Below, piece by piece: positions 62,171 through 64,000 of a stretch of 64,000 nucleotides of DNA (its first letter is position 1; the number at the start of each line of letters is the position of its first letter). The stretch spans positions 62,001 to 126,000 of the forward strand of contig JAVKOQ020000030.1 of the NCBI GenBank assembly GCA_031835245.2, given 5' to 3'. The position numbers were made by a program, and so were the translations under genes. The DNA comes from Balamuthia mandrillaris (lineage: Eukaryota). A model generated the notes under the pieces. That model searched no databases. It was not told where the DNA came from and saw only the letters and a list, made by a program, of their open reading frames with translations.

Positions 62171-64000
62171 GAGAAATACGAACAGCCTTCATTGCAGATT
62201 TTGACGGCAGCCTTCATGACGTGAGTATCACCGAATGGTTCCTCCCCCAACGTGACGATCTCCCACAAACAAATGCCGTAGCTATGAGACCATTTGTTTT
62301 GCATGAGCATGAGGCAAGAAACGAACAAAAACAGCGAAAACAAGCAAAAAACAAAACAAACCTCCAAACGTCGGACTTTTCAGAGTAAATGCTCTCTTGA
62401 ATGGCTTCGGGAGACATCCTGTTTCATGGGAGACAACAGGGATGAGTAAACAAAGCGCAACAAGGTAGAATACAGGCAAAACGAACAAGCACATTCAAAA
62501 AACAAAGCGAACCATTTCAAAGGGCCAACTTCCTGTTTGGTCTTCTGCTCTGCTCCTTGCAGCTTCAGCTTTCTTGACAACCCAAAGTCTGCATTATCCC
62601 GTTGTTGATGAGGACGTTTGCTTTAGCACATGAATGTGGCGGAACGGGAAGGGTTGTTTACCTGAAACTTTGATGTTCAAGTCTTCCGTCATCAGCAGGT
62701 TCCTGGCTGCCAAGTCTCTGTGCGTGATTCCTTCTGCATGCAAATGAGCCATTCCAGCTTCATTTTTGATGAGAAAAACAATCAATCCTTTTATCTCCTT
62801 TTATCAAGAGAGAGCGAAGAGAGAGAGAGAGAGAGAACAAACCGGCCACATCAAAGGCCATGGCGATCATGCTCTCTTCAGACAATTGGTCTTGTTTGCG
62901 GAGATAAGACAAGAGATCCCCGTTGGCAAGGAACTCGGTCACGATGCATTCCGGCATTCCATCCTCTTCCACCAATCCCATCAGCTGCACCACATTCGGG
63001 TGTGGTCTCAGGTTTCTGTTGTGTGTGAGTTGTTTTTATTTTTTTGTTTTAAAGTGTAAGTGCTCCTTTGTGGTAGATAAAAAGCAAGAACAAAACCACA
63101 AAGAAAAACAAAAAAAACAAAGAAAAGGCGGACCTCATGAGTTGCGCTTCATGTTGGAAACTGGCAAGCTGCTCGTCATCCATGGTGTGAAGCTTCTTGA
63201 TGGCCACTTCTGTTTGTCTCCATGCTCCTTTCCACACCACTCCGAATGCTCTGCAACACATTCCTCCCGTTAGCCCTGATACAAAAGAAAAGCAAATGAC
63301 AAAGAGGAGAGCGAGAGCGAGAGCGAACGAACCCTTGTCCAATCTCTTTGATGAACTCCAAATCCTCTCTGTTGATGAACCAGTTCTGCATTCCCTTGTC
63401 ATTGTTCTTCTTGGTGGATTTTCTTCGTTTTGTCTCCTCTTTGTTTTTCTTGCCCAGGGCAGATGCTTGATAATACTGGGTTTGGCCTTCTTCCATGTCC
63501 ATCTCTCGAGTGGCCATGTTCTTGCGAGCACGACGAGACCTCACCAACAGCACTGCCACAACGATGGCCACCACAAGAAGTACCAGCAACACACCCACCA
63601 CCACCACTGGAGCGATCACTTCTGCTCCCACTTCCTCATCCTCCTCTGCTTTTGCTTGTAAGGATGGAACCTCTTTAACGACAAGGAAGGATGAGCCTTG
63701 GCCTTGTTGCAGATACGCGCCCCTGGGTTGCTCCAGCACCACTCGCAAACCTTCTTCCTCTGTTGACTGTTCTGGGTACTCGAAAGTAACTTCGATGACT
63801 GCAGAGGTGGTCTCGCCGAGGAAGGTCAAGGGATTGGCCACAGAAACGCTGATGGTGTTGGGGTCGATTCCAGAGGTGCTCTCCACTGAAAATGGAACCA
63901 CGATCTCTTCCCATGGTGCAGAGGACACCTCCACCAGGAAGCTTGCTGACCCCGTGCTTTGTCGTTTCCTGGCCTCGCTGGATGGGAGGTTCAAGGAGGT
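61930..64000 (-). CDS. FG-GAP receptor kinase type B copy 3 (3' part; 5' end lies outside the window)
   Basis: Stalk, TM and kinase near-identical to B1/B2; ends PTFAEITKLLRTASS*. Confidence 0.85.

Overview
Gene-dense, intron-rich eukaryotic DNA with GT-AG introns that are often filled with microsatellites. Gene content (coactosin, LIM/EF-hand, BPI-like, receptor kinases, giant-virus-like ankyrin remnants) suggests a free-living amoebozoan of the Acanthamoeba/Balamuthia type (inference). About 24 protein-coding genes or pseudogenes can be reconstructed; exon boundaries were read by eye. Main points: (1) a 4-exon gene (17718-20496, -) that splices in frame into Zalpha-like winged helix + dual-specificity phosphatase + NCLDV-type AEP primase-like domain with a Zn ribbon; (2) a 177-nt tRNA-shaped, Pol III-type RNA gene (4087-4263, -) whose anticodon loop is replaced by a 112-nt structured insert; (3) a duplicated head-to-head pair of FG-GAP (integrin-alpha-like) receptor kinases with variable ectodomains and signs of gene conversion; (4) a spliced Chlamydiae-like queuine tRNA-ribosyltransferase; (5) a TTAA-flanked TIR element; (6) two recurrent candidate promoter motifs. 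All family assignments come from motif recognition, not database searches.
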